From the IMG/VR virus record IMGVR_UViG_3300025930_000007, positions 186,001 through 250,000 of that record: a stretch of 64,000 nucleotides of DNA; one strand, given 5' to 3'. Every line of letters starts with the position of its first letter. Within the stretch, counting starts at the first letter, position 1. Shown piece after piece: positions 21,675 through 32,111 of this stretch. The notes below the pieces were generated by a model. The model was not told where the DNA came from. It did not search any database and was given only the letters and a program-made list of their open reading frames with translations. Made by a program: the position numbers and the translations under genes.

Positions 21675-22550
21675 ATGGCGCATAACACGGCCTCCTTCGA
21701 TTTTGGAACCTTCCAAGTTCACGTCAAGTATATCGGGCAGCAAGGAGGCTATGCCTACGCCACCAGAATCGAGGTTCCTGGCTATGATCCGATCGATAGC
21801 GGAGTTCTCCTGCCGAGCTTCCCAATTTTCTCCTCCGCAGCGGCAGGGGCCATCGACCAGCTCCGCGAGCTTCTTCAAGTAGGCGTTCCGGCATACTTGG
21901 ACGACTGGCGCCAGGCAAGAGGAACTATCAGCTTCAAGGAAGTCCAGGACATGAGGCTCACCTTTCTTTCGTGGAAGGACGCGGCCGCCGCGCTCGGCGG
22001 AGACCAGGCTCTTGCAAATGCGATAAAGCAATTGGAAGCCCAGGAGTTCGCAGAAAAACAGGCGAACTATCCGAAACAAGCGAGACCAACTCCAGGCGAG
22101 ATCCCAGTCGATGTCCAATATGACCTTGGATCTGTCCTCATGGATATGCGCGTAATGGGAATCGTCGAAGGATTCCCCATGTGGCATATCACGGCAATCC
22201 CTCCCGGAACAGACCTGCAGGCCAGTTCTGTTATTGTCGCGACGTCTCCGTTCTCGCTCCCTATCTCCCAGTTGATGGTGGACAATCTTGAGGCTGTCCT
22301 GAGACAAGGCGTTGAACGTTACCTTCGTGAAGACCCCAGGGCCACCCGCACTCCGGTCACGCCAGAGAAGAGGAGCGCCACGGAAAATCTCTATGCCGTG
22401 GCCAGCTATCTTGGGCCAGAGGGTATCGCTCATGCGGATCAGGCGGTGAAAGATCTGATCCAGGAGAAGCTCGATACCCTTGAAGGGCAGGCTTTAGAGG
22501 CGATGGAAGCTACGATCGCCGAGTACCGGAAACGGAAGCCGAAACTCTAA
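21675..22550 (+). CDS. hypothetical protein
   Basis: 291 aa from ATG 21675; convergent with 22547-22855. Confidence 0.7.
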   Translation: MAHNTASFDFGTFQVHVKYIGQQGGYAYATRIEVPGYDPIDSGVLLPSFPIFSSAAAGAIDQLRELLQVGVPAYLDDWRQARGTISFKEVQDMRLTFLSWKDAAAALGGDQALANAIKQLEAQEFAEKQANYPKQARPTPGEIPVDVQYDLGSVLMDMRVMGIVEGFPMWHITAIPPGTDLQASSVIVATSPFSLPISQLMVDNLEAVLRQGVERYLREDPRATRTPVTPEKRSATENLYAVASYLGPEGIAHADQAVKDLIQEKLDTLEGQALEAMEATIAEYRKRKPKL

Positions 22551-22855
22551 CGCTTCATGATCCGGTCGAGAAGTTCCTTCTTCTCAGGCATGTTCATCAG
22601 GATCCAGGCGTAGACTGCCTTCCCCATGGCGTTGTCCCATTCCGGGATTTCCGAGAAAGGAAAATCTCCAGTTCCCGTCTCGGAGAATTCTTTGGCGATC
22701 CTGTCCCAAAATGCGCGTTCGGCGACTTCAATCGCGCGACTCATGCGCTCCCGGAAGGCTTCTGCACGCAGACGCAGATCTCGCTCCTGGGGCGTCTCAG
22801 GATGCCCGTTCGTGAGAGGCATTCCTGCTGCGAAAGCGTCATATCCTGAAGCCAT
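22547..22855 (-). CDS. hypothetical protein
   Basis: 102 aa ORF. Confidence 0.6.
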   Translation of the reverse strand: MASGYDAFAAGMPLTNGHPETPQERDLRLRAEAFRERMSRAIEVAERAFWDRIAKEFSETGTGDFPFSEIPEWDNAMGKAVYAWILMNMPEKKELLDRIMKR

Positions 22856-22857
22856 AA

Positions 22858-23007
22858 TTACTTCTTCTTACGGCCCAAGCTGGCCTTGACCTTTTCCGCG
22901 CAGCGCTTGTACTTCGCTTCGCTCCAGCCCTTCTTCTTCTGCATCGCGCGGCAGACGGCGAAGGCGTTCTTGGCCTGCTTGGCGCCCATGCTCAGCTTGA
23001 TCTTCAT
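22858..23007 (-). CDS. 49-aa basic protein not in the ORF track
   Basis: MKIKLSMGAKQAKNAFAVCRAMQKKKGWSEAKYKRCAEKVKASLGRKKK; GAGGA RBS. Confidence 0.7.
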   Translation of the reverse strand: MKIKLSMGAKQAKNAFAVCRAMQKKKGWSEAKYKRCAEKVKASLGRKKK

Positions 23008-23025
23008 GTTCTGTTCCTCGTTTTC

Positions 23026-23808
23026 TTAGAGAAGACCCAATAGCCACAGAAGACTGGCGCCGCCGGCGACCGCGCCGCCAGTGTACGCCACCGTCTTGAT
23101 GATCTTGACTCTCCCCATCGCCTCGGCGCACTCCACGGCCTTCCCGGTCACGACGACCTCCCCGTGCGAGATCTCGAACGTAGCCGTGGGTGGCGCTGTG
23201 GCCAAAAACTCCTTCAGTCGCTCCTGGAGTTTGTCGACGATCGGGAACCCGTCCGCCTGAACGATGTCCCGAAGGCATTGCTCGCGCGCCAATTCCTTGG
23301 CAGCCTCTTCGGGAGTCAGAGGACTGAGGACAACCGTGAGAAGATCGGAGAGTTCCTTCGCCTCATTGTAGGTGAGCTGCGTCTTTCCGTGGAATCCCGT
23401 CTTCCCTGGAGGTGTCATCGGAGGTCCTTTGACGGGCTTCGGCGGCAGCGTCATGTTCGGGCACCGAGCCTGGACGGTGCCAGCGACCGCATCTTCAGCT
23501 TGTCCTGTCTGTTCCGCCTGCTGCCGAACATAGGACCAGAAGATCCGGGAACGAGCGTCATTCTCTTCGTTACTTCCCGCTTGCTCTTCCGAGAACTTCT
23601 TGAGCATGTCGCAGATCCGAGTCTGACGCTGCTCGATCCTTACGGCGTCGTCCGGCCTCTCGGGACGGACAGCGGGCCGTTGGGCAGGTTTCGGACCTAT
23701 AGGCATTCCCTTCGCATTCTCGTCCTGGCCCATCCAGGCCCCAGACAGAACAGGATTGATCGGTCGGATGCCCATGGTTCCGAATGCCGACTGGTTGAAC
23801 ATGCCCAT
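23026..23808 (-). CDS. C-terminally anchored membrane protein with LSGAWMGQ motif
   Basis: AGGAG RBS; C-terminal VAYTGGAVAGGASLLWLLGLL. Confidence 0.75.
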   Translation of the reverse strand: MGMFNQSAFGTMGIRPINPVLSGAWMGQDENAKGMPIGPKPAQRPAVRPERPDDAVRIEQRQTRICDMLKKFSEEQAGSNEENDARSRIFWSYVRQQAEQTGQAEDAVAGTVQARCPNMTLPPKPVKGPPMTPPGKTGFHGKTQLTYNEAKELSDLLTVVLSPLTPEEAAKELAREQCLRDIVQADGFPIVDKLQERLKEFLATAPPTATFEISHGEVVVTGKAVECAEAMGRVKIIKTVAYTGGAVAGGASLLWLLGLL

Positions 23809-23814
23809 CTCCTA

Positions 23815-23864
23815 AGCCAGAAACTAGCGATGGGCCAGAGGAAGGGGGGGGAGAGCCCCTGGCT
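23815..23864 (-). promoter_or_regulatory. C-rich leader hairpin after promoter TTGTAG-17-TAAAAT
   Basis: AGCCAG/CTGGCT outer and GGGC/GCCC inner stems around a C8 tract. Confidence 0.55.
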
Positions 23865-23898
23865 GAGTCTTCAGGATTTTACGACAGAAGATTCCGAA

Positions 23899-24330
23899 CT
23901 ACAAGACTTGCTTCACGTCTTCCATCATAAGCCAGACCGGTGACCCTTCTTCTCCGATGAGGAAGGTGAGCGTCCCATTCCTTGAGATCCCGCCGACCTG
24001 CTCCTTGTTGACGTTTCCATTGCCCATCACGGTCATCTGCAGGCTGGTCTTCTTTCTGGGCACGGAAATGATCTTCTGAATTTCCGATAGCATCATCTCA
24101 GCCGTGAGATTGACTTTGTCCTTGTGATAGACGCGTACTCTGAAGAGATCCTGGTCATGATCAGCCAGAAGGTCTCCTTTGATGACGATGGGATCTTTCG
24201 AGAAGAAGAAGAGCCGGATATCTACAGGCCCGTGCTTTCGGATGCCCTTGTAGATCGGAATGCCGGCCACCGCGGCCGCTGCCATGACGCCCGCACCTTG
24301 GACGAAGTTCCGTCTGGTCAGGTTTCGCAT
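23899..24330 (-). CDS. protein with Tat-like signal
   Basis: MRNLTRRNFVQGAGVMAAAAVAG. Confidence 0.65.
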   Translation of the reverse strand: MRNLTRRNFVQGAGVMAAAAVAGIPIYKGIRKHGPVDIRLFFFSKDPIVIKGDLLADHDQDLFRVRVYHKDKVNLTAEMMLSEIQKIISVPRKKTSLQMTVMGNGNVNKEQVGGISRNGTLTFLIGEEGSPVWLMMEDVKQVL

Positions 24331-24337
24331 AGTTCAC

Positions 24338-26304
24338 CTATATAGCTGGAGGAATAGGAGGTGCCGGGGGTGGTGGAATAGGTCCAGGAAGAGGCCAATC
24401 GCGGCCGCAGAGAGGACAATGCTCAGGCTTCGGCATCTCTCCGCCGAACATGATCATCTTCGGGCCTTCACATTTCGAAGGACCTGAGATGACACTCTTC
24501 TTCCGCTTCCTCTTTCTCCAGAAGGCGATAGCCAGGGTAACCAGGATACTGACCGTAATCGAGCAGAGCGTGAACAGCAAGTCCGCCTTGAAGACCGTCC
24601 AGAACATCGGCTTGTCGTTCATTCTCTACTTCCTATTACGATCCTATCAGGATTTCGGCGCCTTCTGGCCTGGTTTCTGCCATTCCAGAGGACCCCAGCT
24701 CCAAGGGCATCGCCGGCAGCGCCAGCCATCCATCAGCGAGAACACGTCCGGCGCGACCCTTCCGGTGATTGACCGCACTCGCTTCCGATCATGGATCCCC
24801 AGCCGACATAGCAGGCGCCCAAAAAGTTTTCTCATCCTTCAACTCTTTTGCGCGTCTCTGAACTTCAACGCTCCGCTGATGCACAGGTGGATTCCGATAC
24901 CCATGAGCGTCAGGGCTGGCCAACGACTAGTTGAATTCTGGTAATCGCTGGTCATATAACCAGGGCAACGGCGCTTTGGGCACACCCATCCTTCCATCCA
25001 GATCTCGGGATGCCCGGGCTTGATCTCGCGCCCTACGCATGCCATTTGGGCGCCGCACTGGTCACAGACCTGGCTTCCAAACGTCTTGGGAATGGAATCC
25101 CCTACCGAGTAAGCTTTCTCCATCACGAATATTCCTTCTCCTGAATTCCGTCCAGCATGTTCAATAATAGGCGGCAAATGGCCATGGAAGGCGTTCTGGC
25201 TGCAGCCCAATAATCCTCGGTTGCATTACGGTAATCCCCGCGTCTTGCGGCATCAATGTTGAAGTGGGATAGCTGTGCTTCCCATTCATCGATCACGATG
25301 TCGCCGGCGTATGAGGCCCATTTAAGCTCAAAGTTCCAGCCTCGCTTCCAGGCGACATCATGAGCGATCTTTACCGCCTGATCAAGATCGCGACTTGGCA
25401 TCCATTTCTCGAAAGGAGATTTTCCGTTGAAGAGGAGGGATAGAAGCTGGAGATCGGTTTCCTCTTCGGACGGCCAATCCTCTTCGTTTCGACGGACTCT
25501 TTTGGGAGAACCGTCCATCAGTTCACCTCCGGAACAGCCAATCCATCGCCAGCGCGCCAAGCCGCATCCATCAGGATGGTCTTCGGATGCGATCTATAAG
25601 TACGCGTCTTCTGATAGACTCCGCACTCGTCTTCCACGACGGCCGCCGCGGTCAGGTAGAGATACCAGCTCCTGGCCCGGACGAATTGCTGTTCATAGAG
25701 CTCCGGATTCGCTACGTAACCGGCGCTGCCGTGCCAATACCGGAAGAGCCGGCCTACTTCATTGATGAAATCGTCCGTCAAGGTAGTCGGCACATGCCGT
25801 TGAATGATGGCATTTACATTTTCGATCGAGGTGGCTTCACCCAAGCACTTCGCGAGATCAACAGCTTGCTCGATCGGAAGTCCGAGCCAGTTCACGCTGT
25901 TGGCGAGGCGGATCCTGAGAATCTCCCGAACCCAATCGGTATAGGCATCTCCCAGAGGCATAAGCTCATCGTTCCAGGGACCTGGCGCCGGCTGACCAGG
26001 TAATGGAGGAACCGTCATCGTCAATCCTGGCTTAGCGATAAGACTCGCGATGCCATTTATTCCAGCGGGCCTTGGTCTGAGAAACGGCCTTTCCGACAGC
26101 TTTCTTGAGCTTAGGCACGGAGCATGATGGCTGCTCCTTGACCGCCTTCATGAAGCGAGCTGCGGCCTTCTTCGCTCTGGGACCAGGCACATCCAGCTTC
26201 ATCTCGAGCTTCGCACATCCGTTATTGCGGGGAGGAGAGATCTTGAGGCCGATTCCATTGCCGCCGACCACGATGTCCGTGTGCCAAACAACCTTTTTGC
26301 TCAT
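24338..26304 (-). other. run of short hypothetical ORFs
   Basis: 24338-24622, 24647-24835, 25123-25519, 25518-26024, 26032-26304. Confidence 0.6.
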
Positions 26305-26326
26305 TCCTAATTCTCCGATTCGGCGT

Positions 26327-26863
26327 TCAGGTAACGAGCTGCTTCATCTTGAGGTAGAGCCGTTCCATCTTCCCCCTGAGGGCGGCCAGATGGTCTCCAA
26401 TGGGAATCTCAAACCAGCTCTGCATCGGGCTCGATGCATCACCATAGAAGACATTCTCGATGATCTCGACATTCTCTTCTTCGTTCATGAGGAACACCAT
26501 CGGCGCATCTTTTCTCGGCTTAGCCCTGAAGGTGCAGCCCGAGATCGTCAGATTCCCCTCGGCGACCAGCGTGATCCCTTCCGGAAAGAAGATCGCCTCG
26601 TTGACGATATGGGTACCGCTTTTGACATAGACAGTGCCTCCCGCTTCGGGAAGGGCGTCAATTGCTTGCTGGATGCTCATTCCTGGCTGAACGACGATGA
26701 ACCCTGGAGACTGTACCGGGATGGTTGGGGCGATGGCCGTGCCGAAGCTGGCTGGGCATGGACTTGTCACCGGATAAGCTTGCTCGGCGAAGAGAGCATT
26801 GGGCGCTACTGCTGCAACGGCCGCGGTACCGCCCAGGAACTTCAGAAAGTCTCTTCTGTTCAT
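26327..26863 (-). CDS. Tat-signal protein with a beta-helix (pectin lyase-like) start motif
   Basis: MNRRDFLKFLGGTAAVAAVAP; SIQQAIDALPEAGGTVYVKSGTH. Confidence 0.7.
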   Translation of the reverse strand: MNRRDFLKFLGGTAAVAAVAPNALFAEQAYPVTSPCPASFGTAIAPTIPVQSPGFIVVQPGMSIQQAIDALPEAGGTVYVKSGTHIVNEAIFFPEGITLVAEGNLTISGCTFRAKPRKDAPMVFLMNEEENVEIIENVFYGDASSPMQSWFEIPIGDHLAALRGKMERLYLKMKQLVT

Positions 26864-26926
26864 GTCTCCCTCAGTTCTGAAAGATTGTATCCGGGATACC
26901 GGTATATTTCACCAGCTTCTCGAGGC

Positions 26927-27103
26927 TCATCTTTGCATCATTGGATGCGGTGGAATAATCCCCAGGGCTACGTTTCCTCTAGGAGTATCGTAGATGAGAT
27001 CATAAGGACGAAACCAAGCCTTACACCGTTCGCAGGCTACCAGCTTTTTCCTCCACTGATAACGATGTCCGGCAGCCATCCGGCCTGACCCTGGACACTT
27101 CAT
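26927..27103 (-). CDS. 58-aa Zn-finger-like protein not in the ORF track; paralog of 30444-30632
   Basis: MKCPGSGRMAAGHRYQWRKKLVACERCKAWF...LGIIPPH; AGGAG RBS. Confidence 0.7.
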   Translation of the reverse strand: MKCPGSGRMAAGHRYQWRKKLVACERCKAWFRPYDLIYDTPRGNVALGIIPPHPMMQR

Positions 27104-27113
27104 CTTGCTGCTC

Positions 27114-27416
27114 CTACCGTTCGACTCGAATGGCCTTCCCGTAGACGGCCTGGAAATTGACCCATCCGTTTATCCCGCCTCGGTTATTGCCGATCTGGAG
27201 CCGTTGGCCGTCCCTAGCCTTGATCAGGTGAAGGTAATCCCGACCGTGGATATGAACGAGGACCACATCGTTCACGGACAGGTCTCCTTCCTTCACGGGC
27301 CGAAGGGTGACCAGGTCGCCATCGTTCACCCGGCCATTCATGGAGTGTCCCCTTGGCCGGATCTGGACCTGCCTGCCCGCCTGGAGTTCCTTGATTGCGT
27401 GTTGAGCCCAGCTCAT
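27114..27416 (-). CDS. S24/S26 peptidase-like protein
   Basis: PRGHSM...DGDLV...YLHLIK...GNN. Confidence 0.6.
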   Translation of the reverse strand: MSWAQHAIKELQAGRQVQIRPRGHSMNGRVNDGDLVTLRPVKEGDLSVNDVVLVHIHGRDYLHLIKARDGQRLQIGNNRGGINGWVNFQAVYGKAIRVER

Positions 27417-27476
27417 GGTTGCATCGTATAGAACTATTTGGGAGTATCTCTATATCGGACTTCCAAGGAGGGATTT

Positions 27477-27629
27477 ATGGGACGCATCTTCTTCGGTATC
27501 GCGGCGCTGTTCTTCTTCCTGGATGGTGTCGGCTCCAGCATCATTCATCATGCGACGACCTGGGGGCTCGTAGCTCTCGCGCTCGGGCTGGCCGTCGGTG
27601 ACTGGCGCCCTTGGAAGCGGTCCGCCTGA
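27477..27629 (+). CDS. small two-helix membrane protein
   Basis: AAGGAGG RBS; MGRIFFGIAALFFFL...WGLVALALGLAVG. Confidence 0.65.
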   Translation: MGRIFFGIAALFFFLDGVGSSIIHHATTWGLVALALGLAVGDWRPWKRSA

Positions 27630-27897
27630 GGCTTCACGCAAGCGCAGTCGCACCCGAGCTCCGGCCGGCAAGCCCCGTGATCGGCGCGGTTGCAAGCCTC
27701 GCAGCGTCGATTGTCCCTGGTCATCGGCTGGGCATTCCCGTAGAGCAGACACCAGCCGCACTGGGTCGCCACATGAGGACCATAGCGGGTATCGTTCTTG
27801 TGCTCGGGAACGGTGTCCCCAAACTGGAAGCCATCGAAAACGACCTGGCCGTGCCGGCAAGGATCCTCGTCGTCATGATGATGGCCGCAAGCTTCAA

Positions 27898-28617
27898 TCA
27901 TGACTTCCTCCAATAGGTGCTATGCCTGTCGATCGGCAGGATAGGATCCAGGATGCCGTTCTTGGCCCGGTAGTCCTCCACCGCCTTACGGGCTCCTGGC
28001 AGAGTCCAGTCATCCACGATCAAGAAACCTCCGGTGGAGAGTTTCGGATACAGGGACTCCAAGGCCACGATGGTCGAACCGTACATATCGCCATCTAGTC
28101 GGCAGATGCACAGTTTGCTGATCGGCGCCGATGGGAGCGTATCCTCGAACCAGCCTTCGAGAAACTTTACCTGATCGTCGAGCAGTCCATAGGCAGCGAA
28201 ATTGGCTTTCACCTCCTCGAGCCCAACGGACAGGAACTCTTGCGTATGGTGGCTGTCGCCGGAATCCGCCGGATACTTCTGAGGATTCGGCACGGGAAGG
28301 CCCTCGAACGAGTCGGCACACCATATGCGCCGGTTTGTTATTCCGTATGCAGCCAGGAGCGCACGCATGAAGATAACGGCGCCTCCCCGCCAGACTCCTG
28401 TCTCGATAAGATCCCCTTCCACACCATCCTCGATAACCCTTTCGAAGCAGGCCTGAATATTGTCCATCCGTTTCATGCCGATCATCGTGTGCGCCGTCAC
28501 CGGCCAATCCCAGCCGTTCGCCCTTTTCAAGGCGTCGAATTTCGGCTCAGTGCGGCCGTAGATCATATTCGTTACGCACCGCTTCATGAGGTCTAGATAA
28601 AGATGTTTTGGATCCAC
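27898..28617 (-). CDS. TylF/MycF/NovP-family sugar O-methyltransferase
   Basis: HTMIG, GDLIETGVWRGG, DSFEGLP, GWFEDTLP, RLDGDMYGST, GGFLIVDD. Confidence 0.92.
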   Translation of the reverse strand: MDPKHLYLDLMKRCVTNMIYGRTEPKFDALKRANGWDWPVTAHTMIGMKRMDNIQACFERVIEDGVEGDLIETGVWRGGAVIFMRALLAAYGITNRRIWCADSFEGLPVPNPQKYPADSGDSHHTQEFLSVGLEEVKANFAAYGLLDDQVKFLEGWFEDTLPSAPISKLCICRLDGDMYGSTIVALESLYPKLSTGGFLIVDDWTLPGARKAVEDYRAKNGILDPILPIDRHSTYWRKS

Positions 28618-29056
28618 TCCACCTCTCCTCATTTCTTGCTCATTCGATAAAGCCGCTGATTCTGAAGGCGCGCGGTGCCGGTAGGAGCTCCTGGCCCGGC
28701 ATGCACCCGACACGGAATGATGCGGCCCTTTTCGTGCTTAGGGCTGTAGCAACCGCACTTCCAGATCTTCTTGGCCTCAACGATGCTGATCAGAGCCATA
28801 GCTATCCTCTCTTAGGGGTTCGGCGAAGGGTACGGGCTGCAGGTCCTGCACACGAAATTCTCCACCCCAGGCCTACTTCCGGGTCTGATTTCACCGCCGC
28901 ACTTGGAGCACCAGATACCAGGATCCTTGCCGCATTTCAGACAATTGCAGTTCACCCGCAGACACATTCCGTCCTTGATCGCGCAGGCGAATTCAGCCGT
29001 CAATGCCTCGGGACTATCGGGATGCACTTGCCGATCGCATTTCAGGCAACCCATCG

Positions 29057-29320
29057 CTAAGCCCTCAGCTTCTTTAGAATGTGCCGAAGCATCATCATGT
29101 CGCTGACGATCAAGGATTTATCCTGGGCATGGCTCTTTGCCCATTCTTCGGCATACTCCGGAGAATCCAATTGCACAAGGAAGGCCTTTGCAAGAGCCAT
29201 GGTCTCCGGCGTGTTAGGAAGTTCCAGATCGTTACACCCTGCGCAAGACATCCGCTCCAGGGTGTATTCCATCATGTCATCGAAGCACTTCCATTCCATG
29301 GCAGTCAGTTTGTCGTTCAT
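29057..29320 (-). CDS. hypothetical protein
   Basis: 87 aa with GAGG RBS. Confidence 0.6.
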   Translation of the reverse strand: MNDKLTAMEWKCFDDMMEYTLERMSCAGCNDLELPNTPETMALAKAFLVQLDSPEYAEEWAKSHAQDKSLIVSDMMMLRHILKKLRA

Positions 29321-29400
29321 CCCTCACCTTCATTCCGCTTGATTTCAGCCGCCGTATTGGCCTAAAATAGTTCTATAGATTTCTTAGAGGAGGAGGATTT

Positions 29401-29694
29401 ATGAACAGGAAATCGACCCTCGGCCAAGTCACTGGCGGTGGTCCCTCGGGCGGCGGTCCCTCGGGCGGCGGTCCTTCCGGTGGTCCTACGGGCGGTCCCA
29501 CCGGCGGCGGCCCTTCTGATCAGGGCGGCTTCACGGCGCTCACCCCGGGCATGTTCCCCGTGGGTGCGCCCCTCGGCGGCGTGTGCCCCGCAGGCTACCT
29601 GCCTGCGCCCTCGGCGATCGTTCCGGGCGGCTACACCTGCGTGAGGGCGCCGGGAGCGTACACCGTTCCCCTCTACATGGGCCGGCGGCGGTAA
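29401..29694 (+). CDS. Gly/Pro-rich protein with TLGQ and C-terminal MGRRR
   Basis: Strong GGAGGAGG RBS; GGGPS repeats; CPAGY...YTC. Confidence 0.75.
   Translation: MNRKSTLGQVTGGGPSGGGPSGGGPSGGPTGGPTGGGPSDQGGFTALTPGMFPVGAPLGGVCPAGYLPAPSAIVPGGYTCVRAPGAYTVPLYMGRRR
29434..29517 (+). repeat. degenerate 15/12-bp coding tandem repeat (GGGPS / GGPT)
   Basis: ggcggtggtccctcg ggcggcggtccctcg ggcggcggtccttcc ... Confidence 0.8.
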
Positions 29695-29706
29695 GGCTTT
29701 CATGAT

Positions 29707-29731
29707 GCCTGGCTCCGCGCGGGAGCCAGGC
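29707..29731. terminator. hairpin between convergent genes
   Basis: GCCTGGCTCC-gcgcg-GGAGCCAGGC, 10-bp stem, no U tract. Confidence 0.45.
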
Positions 29732-29747
29732 CGCGGCTCAGGCCATC

Positions 29748-30632
29748 TCATTCCTCCACCAGCAACGCTTCAAGCTGCTTGTTCATGATGGCCACGCCGT
29801 CCAGCATCTCGCTGGCAATCCTCGCTGTCTTTGAGACCTGCTCATGGAAGAGCTTGATTTTGGTATCCTTATCCACTGAGAATCGGCATTCCGAACAGAA
29901 GAAGCTGTCGAGCTGCCAGCGCAATTCCTTCTTGTAATCCAAGACGGGCTTACGGCAACTCGAACACCCCGGAAGCATCGTGATGGTCGGCCTACCGGTT
30001 TCCTCGGGAGGAGGACCAGAAACCAGCAGGAACTCCTTGGGTTTCTCCAGCTTCTGAGCGCTCATCCCGGGGAAAAGACTCTGGGCGCCCTTCATCATGC
30101 CGTCCAGGATCATCTTCCATCCTTTCCGGACCCTCTCCGCGGCCGTCAGCCGATTGACGTCCTCGAGGTGCTGAGCGAGGCTCTCGACCTGCCGGCCTAG
30201 GCCTCCTCCAATGATCCCCATGGGATTGGATTCCAGGAGGTCGCAGAGCGTTTCGATGATCCTCTCGGCCTTTTTGTGGCTCATCTTCTGGATGGAGCCG
30301 ATCTCCAGGACGTTATCCGTCTTGTCGCAGCCCGGACAGGCCTCCTTCAGGAGATATCGGCCGTCCTCGAGCTTCGTGTGCGTCCAGGACACGGCGCCGC
30401 AGCCACAGATTACTTTGTCCCGGTCGTCGCTCCAGTCCGCCATTTTTTTTACCCTCTGAACCACCCGATGATCCGGTATCAACCCGAGTGGTATATGCCT
30501 GTCGTCCGTGAAATAGATCAGTTTTTCGTTATGGAACCATGCCCGGCATTTTCCGCATGCGACAAGCTTCTTTCGCCATTGATACCGATGCCCTGCAGCC
30601 ATGCGGCCCGAACCAACACATTTATTTCGCAC
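29748..30632 (-). CDS. multi-CxxC protein; N-terminal ~60 aa paralogous to 26927-27103, possible second start at 30443
   Basis: Shared GSGRMAAGHRYQWRKKLVAC; GAGGG before ATG 30443. Confidence 0.6.
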   Translation of the reverse strand: MRNKCVGSGRMAAGHRYQWRKKLVACGKCRAWFHNEKLIYFTDDRHIPLGLIPDHRVVQRVKKMADWSDDRDKVICGCGAVSWTHTKLEDGRYLLKEACPGCDKTDNVLEIGSIQKMSHKKAERIIETLCDLLESNPMGIIGGGLGRQVESLAQHLEDVNRLTAAERVRKGWKMILDGMMKGAQSLFPGMSAQKLEKPKEFLLVSGPPPEETGRPTITMLPGCSSCRKPVLDYKKELRWQLDSFFCSECRFSVDKDTKIKLFHEQVSKTARIASEMLDGVAIMNKQLEALLVEE

Positions 30633-30779
30633 GGCGAATACGAACCGGCTTCTTCTTTCTCCATTGGGTTTCCGGGCAGAAGCCGCATTTCCGGACCCAG
30701 AAAACATGGCCCAAGTTCGAGGGACCCCACTTCTTCCATTCCCACCAGTGATGGCGCGGACCCAGGGGGCTAGTACATT

Positions 30780-32107
30780 TCATTGCTCAAGCCCATTCAG
30801 AAGTCCAGGTTCCATCTCCCCTCGAGCCGTCAGGATCCGCTCCACGGCCTGGTAGAAGGCCTTCCTGGCCGGGAGTTTGCTCTTCGCCGGCAAGGTGGCC
30901 GTCAGGACCCCTAGGAGATTGTCGGTCGTCATGTCGTCCGGATGAAAGGCGGAGATCGCTGCATCCAGGTATTGGAATCGGCCAGCTCTCATCAGCTCAT
31001 CCGCCCAGGAATAGATCCCATCAAGCTGATTCATGGGTTCCTTCCTTCAACTGCTTGAGTCGGAGAGCCCATTGCTCCCTGAACTCAGCGTCCGCGGCAT
31101 CGAACTCCGGGCCCGAGGTCTTCATCTCACCGTCCGCGCCGCGGGCCATGATCAGAGCATGAGGTTCCACAAGGCCTGGGCCTCCATGCTCGCACGCCAC
31201 GCAAACCTCTAGGATCTCGGCACCAGTCTTTCCCGTCTTCTGAATCATCTCCCGGAGGGTATCCGGAGCTCCCATACCGCCGGCGAGCTCGACTTGGCAG
31301 CAGGTCTCGCAGATCTTGCCCTTGATGAGGGGACACTCCCAGTTCTTTTCCTGATGGACCTTGCCATTGCCCAGATCCATCGGTTCGCCTTTGCAGTTGC
31401 ATTCCAGGCAGAAGCGATCGCTCATCTGATCATGCCCTCAAGCTGCAGGTGCCGATATTTCCCGGGAGGCCCGAATGAATGCCCCTTGGGATGATCCGTC
31501 AAGGCCTGATTCTTCTCCAGGTCCTCGAAGATCCATTTGCAAAGCCAGCAGCCGGGGCCATCCTCAAGAGGAATCCTAGCCTTGAGGAGAGGCTTGACGT
31601 AAGCCATCTGCTCCGCAGTCAACTCTGCCAGCTTCGCTTCTTCGGCCACAGATTAGGCTTCCTTTTGCCGATAGATGATCTTGGTCACCATGCGTTTCTC
31701 TGGCTCCAGCACTTCCAACAATAAGTCGGCTGTCGATAGATCCTGCGCTTACTTGCCTTCCAGACTTTCTTCAGGATGGCCACCAGGCCAAAGACACCCC
31801 CGGCATTTTTTGGACAGGCTTTTTGGCATTAAGAATTCCACCCATCTTCGCTGTTAATTTCCTTCAGCTTTGCCCATTGACCTTCTGAGCGAATCTGCGT
31901 TGGAAACGGGGCTGGGATACGATGACCTTCATCAGCGATAGGACGTTTCTTTTTCTCGGCCATTCTTCTTTTTCGAGAGTCCTCATATCTCTGATGACAA
32001 ACTTTCGTGCAGAACACCATCCGCACAGATCCAAATGGCCTTCCGAGTATCCGATCTTTGGATAATGGAAGACCACAAAACGTGCAGGTCCTTTTACTCC
32101 AGCCCAT
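30780..32107 (-). other. short hypothetical ORFs
   Basis: 30780-31034, 31021-31425, 31422-31649, 31829-32107. Confidence 0.55.
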
Positions 32108-32111
32108 GGAT

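Noticed and set aside
26991-27015. Hammerhead-like string TAGATGAGATCATAAGGACGAAAC
   Set aside because: Core is UAGAUGA rather than CUGAUGA, stem II is mismatched, and it lies antisense within the conserved 58-aa ORF.
29434-29517. Tandem repeat as possible CRISPR or origin iterons
   Set aside because: No spacers; third-position variation shows a coding GGGPS repeat.
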